A stretch of 64,000 bases of DNA, taken from the NCBI GenBank assembly GCA_963666285.1, contig OY762711.1; one strand, given 5' to 3'. Positions 10,069-19,554 of this stretch are shown one piece after another. Position 1 is the first letter of the stretch. Each line of letters begins with the position of its first letter. Under the pieces are notes generated by a model that was given only the letters and a program-made list of their open reading frames with translations, made no database searches and had not been told where the DNA came from. Source of the stretch: Sedimentisphaerales bacterium. GTDB taxonomy: Bacteria; Planctomycetota; Phycisphaerae; Sedimentisphaerales; SM23-30. The position numbers and the translations under genes were made by a program.

Positions 10069-10425
10069 ATGGGGAAAAATGAGCCTACATTATTACAGTC
10101 GAAAAGTTATGATTTTGCTATTCGAGTCGTGAGGTGTACACAGTATATTCAAGCTGAAAAAAAAGAATATGTATTAAGTAAGCAATTTGTTAGAAGTGGA
10201 ACAGCAATAGGTGCATTGATACGAGAAGCGGAGTTTGCAGAGAGTAGATCTGATTTTTGTCATAAAATGAGTATTGCACTTAAAGAAGCTAATGAGGCAG
10301 GATATTGGATTTCACTTATGAAAGATGTTAGCATGTTAGATGAGAAAATGTATAAAAGTTTATTATCTGATTGTGATGAATTAATATCTATGCTAGTATC
10401 TGCAGTAAAGAAACTAAAAGACTAA
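10069..10425 (+). CDS. Four-helix-bundle protein (23S IVP/TIGR02436-like)
   Basis: LSKQFVRSGTAIGALIREA..SRSDF..KMSIALKEANE; preceded by heptamer run at 10019-10062. Confidence 0.9.
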   Translation: MGKNEPTLLQSKSYDFAIRVVRCTQYIQAEKKEYVLSKQFVRSGTAIGALIREAEFAESRSDFCHKMSIALKEANEAGYWISLMKDVSMLDEKMYKSLLSDCDELISMLVSAVKKLKD

Positions 10426-10515
10426 TGTTTTGGCAGGTTTGCCGCAATGCGGCAGGCCGAATAAAAACTTTATGTGAATATAATTAATTAATTTTTTGCA
10501 GTTAGAGGAAATAAA

Positions 10516-11727
10516 ATGTCAAAGAAGATTAATAAGATAGTATTGGCTTACAGTGGCGGATTAGATACCAGTGTTATCCTGCCGTGGCTGAAAGAAAAGT
10601 ACGATTGTGAAGTTGTCGGCTATGCCGCGGAGCTGGGCCAGGGCAGCGAACTGGAGGGAATCCAGGAGAAGGCCATGAAGAGTGGTGCCAGCAAATGTAT
10701 AGTAGGCGATTTGCGAGAAGAGTTTGTGACCGATTATATCTGGCCGATGCTGAAGGCAAGTGCGATATATGAGAACGGTTATCTGCTGGGTACCAGTATC
10801 GCCCGTCCGCTGATCGCGGAAAAGATGGTAAAGGCGGCATTGGAAGAAGGAGCCGACGCGGTAGCACACGGTGCGACCGGAAAAGGAAACGACCAGGTAC
10901 GATTCGAGTTGACCTTTATGGCACTGGCACCGCAGCTGCAGATAATAGCACCGTGGAAAGATCCATCATTTGAACTGACCAATCGTGAGGCGGCGATTGA
11001 TTATGCCGTGGCACGTAATATTCCAATCGACCAGACCAAGGAAAAAATCTACAGTCGCGACAGGAACCTGCTGCATATCAGTCATGAAGGTGCGGAGCTT
11101 GAGGATCCATGGAATGAGCCGAAAGATGATATGCTGGTAATGAGCAGTACAATTGAGAAGGCACCGGATGCGGCCGAGTATGTCGAGATCGGATTTGAGA
11201 AGGGTGTGCCGGTAAGTATAAACGGTAAAGCGACCGGTCCGGTAGCGATAATGGAGCAGCTAAACGAGCTGGGCGGCAAGCATGGTGTCGGTAAGATCGA
11301 TATCGTTGAGAACCGGCTGGTAGGAATGAAGAGCCGCGGCGTTTATGAAACACCGGGTGGAACAGTATTGTATACAGCACATACCGCCCTTGAAACCTTG
11401 ACCCTGGACCGTGAGACCTATCATTACAAGCAGCAGGTAGCGTTGAAGTATGCCCAGCTGGTATATAACGGTCAGTGGTTTACCGCGTTACGTGAGTCTC
11501 TGGATGCCTTTGTTGACAGTACCCAGCAGGTAGTAAGCGGTGATGTACGCCTGAAGCTGTATAAGGGTAATTGTGTGCCGGTGGGTGTGAAGAGCCCGTA
11601 CAGCCTGTACGATACCAACCTGGCAAGTTTTGAGATGGGTGACTATGATGTTACTGATGCAACCGGTTTTATCCGCCTGTTTGGTCTGCCGATGAAGGTA
11701 GAAGGTGTGAGAAGAGCTAAGAATTAA
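10516..11727 (+). CDS. argG: Argininosuccinate synthase
   Basis: [39 protein letters not shown]. Confidence 0.98.
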   Translation: MSKKINKIVLAYSGGLDTSVILPWLKEKYDCEVVGYAAELGQGSELEGIQEKAMKSGASKCIVGDLREEFVTDYIWPMLKASAIYENGYLLGTSIARPLIAEKMVKAALEEGADAVAHGATGKGNDQVRFELTFMALAPQLQIIAPWKDPSFELTNREAAIDYAVARNIPIDQTKEKIYSRDRNLLHISHEGAELEDPWNEPKDDMLVMSSTIEKAPDAAEYVEIGFEKGVPVSINGKATGPVAIMEQLNELGGKHGVGKIDIVENRLVGMKSRGVYETPGGTVLYTAHTALETLTLDRETYHYKQQVALKYAQLVYNGQWFTALRESLDAFVDSTQQVVSGDVRLKLYKGNCVPVGVKSPYSLYDTNLASFEMGDYDVTDATGFIRLFGLPMKVEGVRRAKN

Positions 11728-11758
11728 GAACAAAGTATGCTTCACATGTTGCAAGCAG

Positions 11759-11802
11759 GTGAAGAGTTATTATATTCGCCTGTCGGCTCACGCTGTTTTA
11801 AG
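11759..11802 (+). repeat. Short copy of the dispersed GTGAAGAGTTA..CTCAC..TTTTAAG repeat
   Basis: gtgaagagttattatattcgcctgtcggctcacgctgttttaag. Confidence 0.55.
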
Positions 11803-11832
11803 TGCCGGCACATGGCGTAACCTGGAAAATTA

Positions 11833-11869
11833 GAGCAGGTGTTCTGACGGAAGTCGGGGCACCTGTTTC
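11833..11869 (+). terminator. Hairpin/terminator downstream of argG
   Basis: GAGCAGGTGTTCTGAC-GGAA-GTCGGGGCACCTGTTTC. Confidence 0.6.
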
Positions 11870-12129
11870 TGTATAGTTGTTTAGTAAAACAATGTTTGAC
11901 CGTTTTGGTTGTAACCATTACAATTACAGTGTGTTAGAATTGTTATATATACAAACTGGCTGAGGGCCAGTTTGCCAGGCATAAGAGATAAGGGATGAGG
12001 CATAAGGGCATGAAAGCCGCGGAGCGGTAAGCTAATTGATATTTAATAAAGTCGATTGTGAATAAGTTTTAGTAAATAGTTCTAAAGGTACTTTGAGTAA
12101 ATAATAAACTTAGATAGTGAGTGTTGAAT

Positions 12130-13179
12130 ATGGCTCAGAAGAATGAAAATATCTGGTTGATAACCGGTTCGCTGGTGTTTTTGGCGCTGGTGGCGTTGTG
12201 TATGGTATTACAGTTTACCAAGGTATTTCTGGTACCGTTTATAATGGCATGTTTTGTGATATCGATGGTATCGCCGCTGCTGGACTGGCAGGTTTTGAAG
12301 TTGAAGATACCCCGTTCGCTTGCGGTAGTGCTGACGCTGCTGGTGGTAGTGATAGTGATAGCCATTGTTGTTGTAATGGTGACAGGCGCGGTGAACTCGA
12401 TAATAGAGGTAGCCGGTCAGTATACGGATAGTTTCAAGGCGTTTACTGCAAAAACAGCCGAGATTCTGGATAATGAGAAGCTAAAGGCCAATGGTATAGA
12501 TGCCGAGCAGATCTTGAAGGATTTTGGTAAAAAGATCCCTGGTTTTGTGACAGATACACTGGGCCAGATCAAGAGCGCTGCGGCATTTTTGTTTCTGCTG
12601 ACAATATTTATAATATTTATGATATCCGGTCGAGATCCTGGTACGGTAAGGCAGGGCGTGCTGGGTGAGATTGATCAGAAGGTGCGTCGGTTTATCCTGA
12701 CAAAGATGGTCTCTTCGGCAGCGACGGGGATACTGGTCTGGGTGGTTTTAGCGATATTCAAACTTCAGCTAGCTGCGGTATTTGGTATGCTGGCGTTTCT
12801 GCTGAATTTTATCCCTTCTATCGGTTCGATAATAGCGACATTGCTGCCGATACCGGTAGCGGTAGCTCAATATGACAGTACGATGGCGATAACGATGGTG
12901 GTAGTTTTGCCTGGCTGTGTGCAGATAGTAATAGGTAATTTCCTGGAGCCGAAATTTCTGGGTCAGAGTATGAAGCTTCATCCGATAACAATATTACTGG
13001 CGTTATCGTTCTGGGGGCTGTTGTGGCAGATAGTTGGTATGCTGCTGGCGGTGCCGATAACGGCGATAATCCGGATAATATTTATGCAGTTTGATATGCT
13101 TCGTCCGGCGGGCGAGCTGATGGCGGGCAACCTTGAATATCTTGTGGGAACGAGTAAGGAAGGGAAAAATTGGAAGTAA
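12130..13179 (+). CDS. AI-2E (PerM/TqsA) family transporter
   Basis: Multi-TM; LLNFIPSIGS, GNFLEPKFLG..LHP..LSFWGLLW..GMLLAVP. Confidence 0.93.
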   Translation: MAQKNENIWLITGSLVFLALVALCMVLQFTKVFLVPFIMACFVISMVSPLLDWQVLKLKIPRSLAVVLTLLVVVIVIAIVVVMVTGAVNSIIEVAGQYTDSFKAFTAKTAEILDNEKLKANGIDAEQILKDFGKKIPGFVTDTLGQIKSAAAFLFLLTIFIIFMISGRDPGTVRQGVLGEIDQKVRRFILTKMVSSAATGILVWVVLAIFKLQLAAVFGMLAFLLNFIPSIGSIIATLLPIPVAVAQYDSTMAITMVVVLPGCVQIVIGNFLEPKFLGQSMKLHPITILLALSFWGLLWQIVGMLLAVPITAIIRIIFMQFDMLRPAGELMAGNLEYLVGTSKEGKNWK

Positions 13180-13190
13180 AAGAGAGAGAA

Positions 13191-13254
13191 GATAGAAGCG
13201 AGGAGATAGAAGCGAGGAGATAGAAGCGAGGAGATAGAAGCGAGGAGATAGAAG
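13191..13254 (+). repeat. 14-bp tandem repeat GATAGAAGCGAGGA x ~4.5 (double heptamer)
   Basis: Read directly. Confidence 0.92.
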
Positions 13255-13282
13255 GGGGAAAATAAGTTAGATTAACAATGTT

Positions 13283-13651
13283 TTGAAGGGAAAAGACATG
13301 CAGACATTTAGAGATTTGATGATATGGCAGAAAGGAATAGCATTAGTTCAAGAAACATATTTACAGACAAATTTGTTTCCGAAAGAAGAAATATATGGAT
13401 TAGTTTCTCAAATGAGAAGAGCAGCTGTTTCTGTGCCGAGTAATATCGCAGAGGGTTATGGCAGGAGGTCTGCTCCAGATTTTGTCAGATTTTTACGAGT
13501 AGCATGCGGTTCGTTGTACGAGCTGGAAACGCAAGTTGAAATATCGATGAAGCTGGGATATATCGAATGTGATAGCTACAATAAAACTCTTACTGATATT
13601 GATGAACTAAAAAGAATGGTTGTCGGAATGATAAATTCAGTGGAAAAATGA
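13283..13651 (+). CDS. Four-helix-bundle protein, copy 1 (real start may be ATG 13298)
   Basis: FRDLMIWQK, FPKEEIYGLVSQMRRAAVSVPSNIAEG, GSLYELETQ. Confidence 0.92.
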   Translation: MKGKDMQTFRDLMIWQKGIALVQETYLQTNLFPKEEIYGLVSQMRRAAVSVPSNIAEGYGRRSAPDFVRFLRVACGSLYELETQVEISMKLGYIECDSYNKTLTDIDELKRMVVGMINSVEK

Positions 13652-13701
13652 GATAGAAGCGAGGAGATAGAAGGGGGAAAATAAGTTAGATTAACATTAT
13701 T

Positions 13702-14070
13702 TTGAAGGGAAAAGATATGCAGACATTTAGAGATTTGATGATATGGCAGAAAGGAATAGCATTAGTTCAAGATACATATTTGCAGACAAATTTGTTTCCG
13801 AAAGAAGAAATATATGGTTTAGTATCTCAAATGAGAAGAGCAGCTGTTTCTGTGCCGAGTAATATCGCAGAGGGTTATGGCAGGAGGTCTGCTCCAGATT
13901 TTGTCAGATTTTTACGAGTAGCATGCGGTTCGTTGTACGAGCTGGAAACGCAAGTTGAAATATCGATGAAGCTGGGATATATCGAATGTGATAACTACAA
14001 TAAAACTCTTACTGATATTGATGAGCTAAAAAGAATGGTTGTCGGAATGATAAATTCAGTGGAAAAATGA
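13702..14070 (+). CDS. Four-helix-bundle protein, copy 2
   Basis: Differs from copy 1 at 2 aa. Confidence 0.92.
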   Translation: MKGKDMQTFRDLMIWQKGIALVQDTYLQTNLFPKEEIYGLVSQMRRAAVSVPSNIAEGYGRRSAPDFVRFLRVACGSLYELETQVEISMKLGYIECDNYNKTLTDIDELKRMVVGMINSVEK

Positions 14071-14120
14071 GATAGAAGCGAGGAGATAGAAGGAGGGAAA
14101 TAAGTTAGATTAACATTATT

Positions 14121-14249
14121 TTGAAGGGAAAGGATATGCAGACATTTAGAGATTTGATGATATGGCAGAAAGGAATAGCATTAGTTCAAGATACATATTT
14201 ACAGACAAATTTGTTTCCAAAAGAAGAAAAGATTTTTTGTTGTTTATAA
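14121..14249 (+). pseudogene. Truncated third four-helix-bundle copy
   Basis: Same 5' sequence up to FPKEE, then diverges to a stop at 14247-14249. Confidence 0.8.
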
Positions 14250-14258
14250 AAGAGTCCT

Positions 14259-16364
14259 ATGTTTGATCGAAGGTTGAAATTATTATTATTGCTCGTTGTC
14301 TTGTTTAACGTGGTGCTTGTCAGTCGCCTGTTTTACCTGCAGGTGTATAAGTATGATTATTTTGTAGAAGAGACCGAGCAGCTGCTGAAGCGTAGCCCAA
14401 GATGGCTGGAGACTGCGCGTGGCAGTATATTAGATCGAAACGGTGTTGTACTGGCACATGATGTGCCAGAATGGCGAGTGCGGGTACACTATAAGCTGAC
14501 GCGGCTGTATGATGTTCGCTTTTACCGGTACTTTGCATTGCGATATCGCCAGAATGAAAAGCATGCGAATGCGAGCGACCGGGAAGTGCTGGATTATTTT
14601 ATGGAAGAATACGGATACCAGCGAGGTCGGGCAGACCAGATGATAGCAGAGCTGTCTGAGATATGCGAGGTGTCGATTGATGATATTCGGGCCGAGATAG
14701 ACCGGGTGAACGAGGAGATCTTTTCTACCCGGTTGTGGCTGGCCAGGCGAAAGTGGTATGTGAATGCTAATAAGACCCGCCCACCCGCGCGTAATAAAGC
14801 GGAGTATTTTGCTGATTATGCGAGGTGTATCCCCGATGAGTATCAGCGTTTACGTAAAATATATTATGACACACCAATCCAGGAAATGGAGGTTCCCCAG
14901 AAGATCCTGGGTTCAATCAGCCGTGAAAAGGCAATGGAGATAGAACGTCATTATAACGGTGAGTTTTTGGCAGATAATGACAGCAGCAGATTGATAACGA
15001 TAAGTGCTGATAAGTACAGGAACTTTCCTCATGGTGAAGCAGTGCCGCATTTGGTCGGCCAGGTATCACGCAGTCGAGAGGAATATGATCGATTAAGTTT
15101 TGGAGAGGCGATGCCGCTGCCGAACGAGCTGGCCGGATATCGCAGCGGCGACCGAAAGGGATTGTGGGGAGTTGAGTATATGTTTGAATCGAGGCTGCAT
15201 GGCAGTCGCGGCTGGCAGCAGAGTAACTATGAAGGAGATGTGATCCAGGAGATTGAACAGGCGGTAGGAGATAATGTATCGATAACAGTAGATGTTAAAC
15301 TTCAGGAATCGATCCAGAAATTATTTAAGGGTTACAGTTCGTTAGGTACGGCAGTAACCGGCGGCGCGGTGGTGCTGGACGTTACTAGCGGCGAAGTGCT
15401 GGCGATGGTGTCGATGCCGAGCTATGACCTGAACAGATTTTTTGAAGATGATGTACTGCGAGAGCTTCGTCCGCATGAGTTCGACCCAAATGTTCCAGCG
15501 TCGAAAAGGACCGCGGAGCGAAACCTGGCGTTGAGCCAGAACTATCAGTCGGGTTCGACGCTGAAGCCGACAAATATCCTGGGCGGATTGGAGTATGGAG
15601 TAATAGACCGAAACACGAAATATTATGTAGATAGTTATAGTCAAGATTGGGAGGGCGGTCCGTCTGATATTCATGTTCTTGGTGATATTGATCCTGTATC
15701 GGCATTAAAGCGCAGTAGTAACTTTTTCCCGATCAAGGTAATGGAGAAGCTTGGCCCGGAGCGGGCAATCGACTGGCTGAATATGGCCGGTTTCGGCAGG
15801 CGGATATTAGAATGGCCGGATGAGCTGACAGCCGATCGGTCGTGGGGCGCGTTTCGTGAGACCGCCGGATATGTGAGCCCGATAGGTCAGAGATATCCTT
15901 CGATGAGGAATTTGAGGTATGTTGGTATCGGCCGCGGACCGGTGAGCTGTTCGGTATTACAGATAGCCAATAGTATGGCGACGATAAGTCGTGGCGGTGT
16001 TTTCCTGGCACCGACAATAATAAAAGATCCAGAGGTGGTACGTAAGGAATATCGTGTGGCGATGCAGAGTAATGTTGACATTGTGCGTGAAGGTATGTAC
16101 GAGGTGGTAAATGAGTTTGGAGGAACCGCATATGATCATGTTTATCCACCGCCATGGGAGCCGGAATCGGTCAAGGTTTACGGCAAAACCGGAACGACAG
16201 ATTTTTCTGTCTTCGGCTGCTTTGCCGAGGCTTTTGACGGTCGTAAGATAGCAGTTGCGGTATTGACAGAAGTGAGGAATACAACCGGTGGCGCGACATC
16301 AGCGCCACTGGCGATGGATATACTGGTAGAGTGCAGTAAGTATGGTTATCTGCCGGAGAACTAG
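14259..16364 (+). CDS. Class B penicillin-binding protein (PBP2/FtsI-like transpeptidase)
   Basis: N-terminal TM, RGSILDRNG, GSTLKP (SxxK), SSN (SxN), KTGT. Confidence 0.9.
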   Translation: MFDRRLKLLLLLVVLFNVVLVSRLFYLQVYKYDYFVEETEQLLKRSPRWLETARGSILDRNGVVLAHDVPEWRVRVHYKLTRLYDVRFYRYFALRYRQNEKHANASDREVLDYFMEEYGYQRGRADQMIAELSEICEVSIDDIRAEIDRVNEEIFSTRLWLARRKWYVNANKTRPPARNKAEYFADYARCIPDEYQRLRKIYYDTPIQEMEVPQKILGSISREKAMEIERHYNGEFLADNDSSRLITISADKYRNFPHGEAVPHLVGQVSRSREEYDRLSFGEAMPLPNELAGYRSGDRKGLWGVEYMFESRLHGSRGWQQSNYEGDVIQEIEQAVGDNVSITVDVKLQESIQKLFKGYSSLGTAVTGGAVVLDVTSGEVLAMVSMPSYDLNRFFEDDVLRELRPHEFDPNVPASKRTAERNLALSQNYQSGSTLKPTNILGGLEYGVIDRNTKYYVDSYSQDWEGGPSDIHVLGDIDPVSALKRSSNFFPIKVMEKLGPERAIDWLNMAGFGRRILEWPDELTADRSWGAFRETAGYVSPIGQRYPSMRNLRYVGIGRGPVSCSVLQIANSMATISRGGVFLAPTIIKDPEVVRKEYRVAMQSNVDIVREGMYEVVNEFGGTAYDHVYPPPWEPESVKVYGKTGTTDFSVFGCFAEAFDGRKIAVAVLTEVRNTTGGATSAPLAMDILVECSKYGYLPEN

Positions 16365-16445
16365 TTTTTGTTTTCTATTATACAGAAATCAAAAAGGAAA
16401 ATAACAATAACGAAGTATGATGAGTTGTGGGTTTGCAGTGTAACC

Positions 16446-17285
16446 TTATTGTTCTGTTTCGATTTTTGGTTTTGGGAATATCCATTCACGGATCTGTTTT
16501 TTACAATCTGTAGTAAGCTGATGGCCGGTATTTTTCAGGATTCTGCTTTCGAGGTTTATGTCAAGGAATTGCCAGGCGTCCTGGGCGAGTTTAGCGCCGC
16601 GCAGTTTAAGGTCGCGTCCGTAGTCCGGCTGGTCGCCGACAAAGATAAGGAAGCGGCGTTCGCAGGTTGGATATTTGTGCAGGTCGCTGAGGTGGAACCA
16701 GCCATGATCGACAATACAGAAGTTCTGAAAATGGTTGAGGATGAATTCATCGTGCATCGAAACTAAAATAGCGGTTGTAATGGCGCCGTTGGAGAAGCCG
16801 GCCATAGTGCTTTTTTCGAACTGGATGTTTGGCACTTCTTCGAATAGTTTACCAAGCATGGTATGGTAGGCTTTGGATAAAATTTCGTAGTCGTTAAAGC
16901 TGACAATTACACCGTTACCGACTTCTGCGGTATTGACATCTTTTTTGAACAGCGGTAGTGATGCAACTATGCATTGGTTGGAACCGGCGATATCTATGGC
17001 GTTTTGGATGTTGCCGCCGGCCGAGCCATGGTAGCCCGGTACGTAGAGAATGAGCGGATAGGTTTTGTCTTTGGAATAATTATCGGGCAGCCGATATTCG
17101 AGATATGGAGTCTCATCATTACCGGTGAATATGTTGTACAGGCTTTTAGGAAAATCCTTGTCGGCAAAAGTTATGCGTTTGATATCCAGGGTGGAGTCTG
17201 ATGTTTGGGCCAGCAATTTGGCAGAGTATAAAGTAGATATGAGAGTCAGACAGATAGCGATGAAATAATATTTAGTTTTGACCAT
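16446..17285 (-). CDS. Secreted alpha/beta-hydrolase-like protein
   Basis: Signal peptide, YPLILYVPG, GFSNG nucleophile elbow, C-terminal GH. Confidence 0.7.
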   Translation of the reverse strand: MVKTKYYFIAICLTLISTLYSAKLLAQTSDSTLDIKRITFADKDFPKSLYNIFTGNDETPYLEYRLPDNYSKDKTYPLILYVPGYHGSAGGNIQNAIDIAGSNQCIVASLPLFKKDVNTAEVGNGVIVSFNDYEILSKAYHTMLGKLFEEVPNIQFEKSTMAGFSNGAITTAILVSMHDEFILNHFQNFCIVDHGWFHLSDLHKYPTCERRFLIFVGDQPDYGRDLKLRGAKLAQDAWQFLDINLESRILKNTGHQLTTDCKKQIREWIFPKPKIETEQ

Positions 17286-17355
17286 GAACAATCTCCTTTT
17301 TTAATATGATTTTATCAAACAGTTCAACAGGATACATCCTAGTTGAAAATATAGA

Positions 17356-17754
17356 TTAGAAAAGATTATTATCTTCTGGCAAATCCCAAGCGTCGATATC
17401 CAGATCACACTTGCATTTTTTCTGATACCACATTATTTCAGCACCGCACCCAGGACATTGCCAGATAGCTTTCTGCTGCTCAAGCCACTTATCTTTACCA
17501 TGAGTTTTGATAAACTCATTGTTATCTTTAACTGTGTGATGGTGCGGCCATTGATCGTTCATAAAACCGGTTAAACCCGGGCAGGGATACTCATTACAGT
17601 CGCAGCAGAATTCGAGATTTTTTTGCATAGAGCAGATTCTGAATTTGCAGTTTGTGATAGTATCGTCGATGATGTCGCTCTTGCACCCGGCACAATCGTC
17701 TGCGCCGCAGGCACCACAGTAAATACCACAAGGACCGAAAAGGCTAGTTTTCAT
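17356..17754 (-). CDS. Cys-rich DUF3795-like protein
   Basis: PCGIYCGAC..CAGC..CKFRIC..FCCDCNEYPC, C-terminal CPGCG. Confidence 0.8.
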   Translation of the reverse strand: MKTSLFGPCGIYCGACGADDCAGCKSDIIDDTITNCKFRICSMQKNLEFCCDCNEYPCPGLTGFMNDQWPHHHTVKDNNEFIKTHGKDKWLEQQKAIWQCPGCGAEIMWYQKKCKCDLDIDAWDLPEDNNLF

Positions 17755-17787
17755 TTATTACCTCTTTTATACTCAAGAAGAAAATGG

Positions 17788-18870
17788 TTATTCATTCACG
17801 ATATTTTTACTTAACTCACTTTCCAGCTCTTCGATAGATGGCAGACTGGACTTAAGTTCATCAGGTAGTGACTGAGTGATCTTATATTCAGATATGCCTA
17901 TAGGTTTATGAATATCGCTTAAAGCATATTCAGCTACCATTTTGTCTTTATTTTTGCATATAAGAATGCCTATTGTCGGATGGTCTTTTGTGTCTCTAAT
18001 GAGTTCGTCAACAGCTTTGATGTAGAAGTTTAATTTACCGGCATGCTCCGGTTCAAAATCAACTGTTTTCAATTCAATAACCACATAACAATGGAGTTTA
18101 ACATGATAGAAAAGAAGGTCAAGGAAGAATTCTCTTTCGCCAACCTGTAACGGCATCTGTCTGCCAACATAGGCAAATCCTGAGCCAAGTTCGAGAAGAA
18201 AACTTGTAATGTGATCAATGAGGCCTGTTTCCAATTCTCTTTCGTCATGTTTTTTTGAAAGAGTTAGAAAATCGAATACGTAAGGATCTTTTAGTGTTTG
18301 ACTGGCAAGGTCAGATTGCGGTTGCGGCAGGACGTTTGAAAAGTTTGAAATGGCTTTGCCTTCTCGCTGCCAAAGGCCGCTTTCGATCTGATGAACCAGG
18401 ACACTTCTGCTCCAACCATAGGCTATCGTATTTTCGACATAATAGAGTGCTTCTGATGTGCTGTTGCACTTTGAAATAATCGTAACATTATGCCCCCAAG
18501 GTATTTGTGTGATTTTATCTAATTGGCCAACAGCTTGTTGGCCAATTGGAATAATAGTTGTCCAGAATAAAGACCATTGCCGGATATATTTGATGTTACT
18601 ATAAGAAAAACCCTTCAAATCGGGGAATTCAGCGGTGAGGTCTTTGCTCAATTGTTTGATAAAGCCATCACCCCATGATGTGTTTTTCTGTTTTTCGACA
18701 ATATCAGTTCCCAGCTCCCAATAAAACCTAAGCAGTTCCTGGTTAACAGAAACCGCTGCTTTGAGCTGGGCGTTCCTGACTTTGTTTTTAAGAGAACCAA
18801 GCCAATGTTTATATTCATTAGAATTAGCGAAACTTTGAGATAAAGCCATAACGTTCCCCACTTTTCTCAT
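17788..18870 (-). CDS. YhcG/DUF1016 family PD-(D/E)XK nuclease-domain protein
   Basis: VNQELLRFYWELG, LKDPYVFDFL, FLLELGSGFAYVGRQ, DLLFYH, VIELK, GKLNFY. Confidence 0.93.
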   Translation of the reverse strand: MRKVGNVMALSQSFANSNEYKHWLGSLKNKVRNAQLKAAVSVNQELLRFYWELGTDIVEKQKNTSWGDGFIKQLSKDLTAEFPDLKGFSYSNIKYIRQWSLFWTTIIPIGQQAVGQLDKITQIPWGHNVTIISKCNSTSEALYYVENTIAYGWSRSVLVHQIESGLWQREGKAISNFSNVLPQPQSDLASQTLKDPYVFDFLTLSKKHDERELETGLIDHITSFLLELGSGFAYVGRQMPLQVGEREFFLDLLFYHVKLHCYVVIELKTVDFEPEHAGKLNFYIKAVDELIRDTKDHPTIGILICKNKDKMVAEYALSDIHKPIGISEYKITQSLPDELKSSLPSIEELESELSKNIVNE

Positions 18871-18886
18871 GAAGTTTGGATAAAAA

Positions 18887-19420
18887 TCAATAAGTTACAA
18901 TGGTTTCGACATCGTATTTGCTGAGTTTGTCGCGTCCTTTGAGGAATCCGAGTTCGATGAGGAAAGATATGCCGACGATATCGCCCTGTAGTCTTTCTAC
19001 CATTTTGCAGCAAGCTTCCATAGTTCCGCCGGTAGCGAGCAGGTCGTCACAGAGCAGTACCTTTTGGCCGGGTTTGACAGCATCAGCATGAATTTCCAGG
19101 CTGTCGGTGCCGTATTCGAGTTCGTAACTTTCACTGATAGTATCGTAAGGCAGCTTTCCAGGTTTGCGAACCGGAACAAATCCGCATTGCAGGCAATGGG
19201 CGATAGCAACTCCGAAAATGAACCCTCTACTTTCAGCTCCGACTACCAGTTCAACGCCTTTGTCTTTGAAAGGTTCAGCCATCGCGGCACAAGCGAGGTG
19301 CAGTCCTTCCTTGTCAGAGAGAAGGGTAGTAATATCACGGAAAAGTATGCCAGGTTTGGGGAAGTCTGGTATGTCGCGGATAAGTGATTTGATTCTTTCG
19401 ACGGTGGTACTATCGGTCAT
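18887..19420 (-). CDS. apt: Adenine phosphoribosyltransferase
   Basis: IPDFPKPGILFRDIT, ESRGFIFG, RKPGKLP, DDLLATGGT. Confidence 0.97.
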   Translation of the reverse strand: MTDSTTVERIKSLIRDIPDFPKPGILFRDITTLLSDKEGLHLACAAMAEPFKDKGVELVVGAESRGFIFGVAIAHCLQCGFVPVRKPGKLPYDTISESYELEYGTDSLEIHADAVKPGQKVLLCDDLLATGGTMEACCKMVERLQGDIVGISFLIELGFLKGRDKLSKYDVETIVTY

Positions 19421-19502
19421 AGTTGGTTTCCTTGTAAATGAAAATATACTCTTAACTCATTTATTTAGATAAGGATAATGATAGATTTGGTAATTGTCCA
19501 AT

Positions 19503-19532
19503 AAAAAACCCCAGCCGAACTGACTGGGGTTT
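19503..19532 (-). terminator. Intrinsic terminator of the sigma70 gene
   Basis: AAAAAA-CCCCAG..CTGGGG. Confidence 0.7.
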
Positions 19533-19554
19533 GAAATATTAAAAATAGCAGTAA

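Larger units (their letters stand above)
13231..14229 (+). repeat. 419-bp tandem array (2 full units + partial third), each unit carrying a four-helix-bundle gene
   Basis: Units start at 13231, 13650 and 14069 with gagatagaagcgaggagatagaagg. Confidence 0.95.

Noticed and set aside
13191..14249. CRISPR array or diversity-generating retroelement
   Set aside because: The repeats have no unique spacers; there is no cas gene, reverse transcriptase or TR/VR pair with adenine-specific differences.
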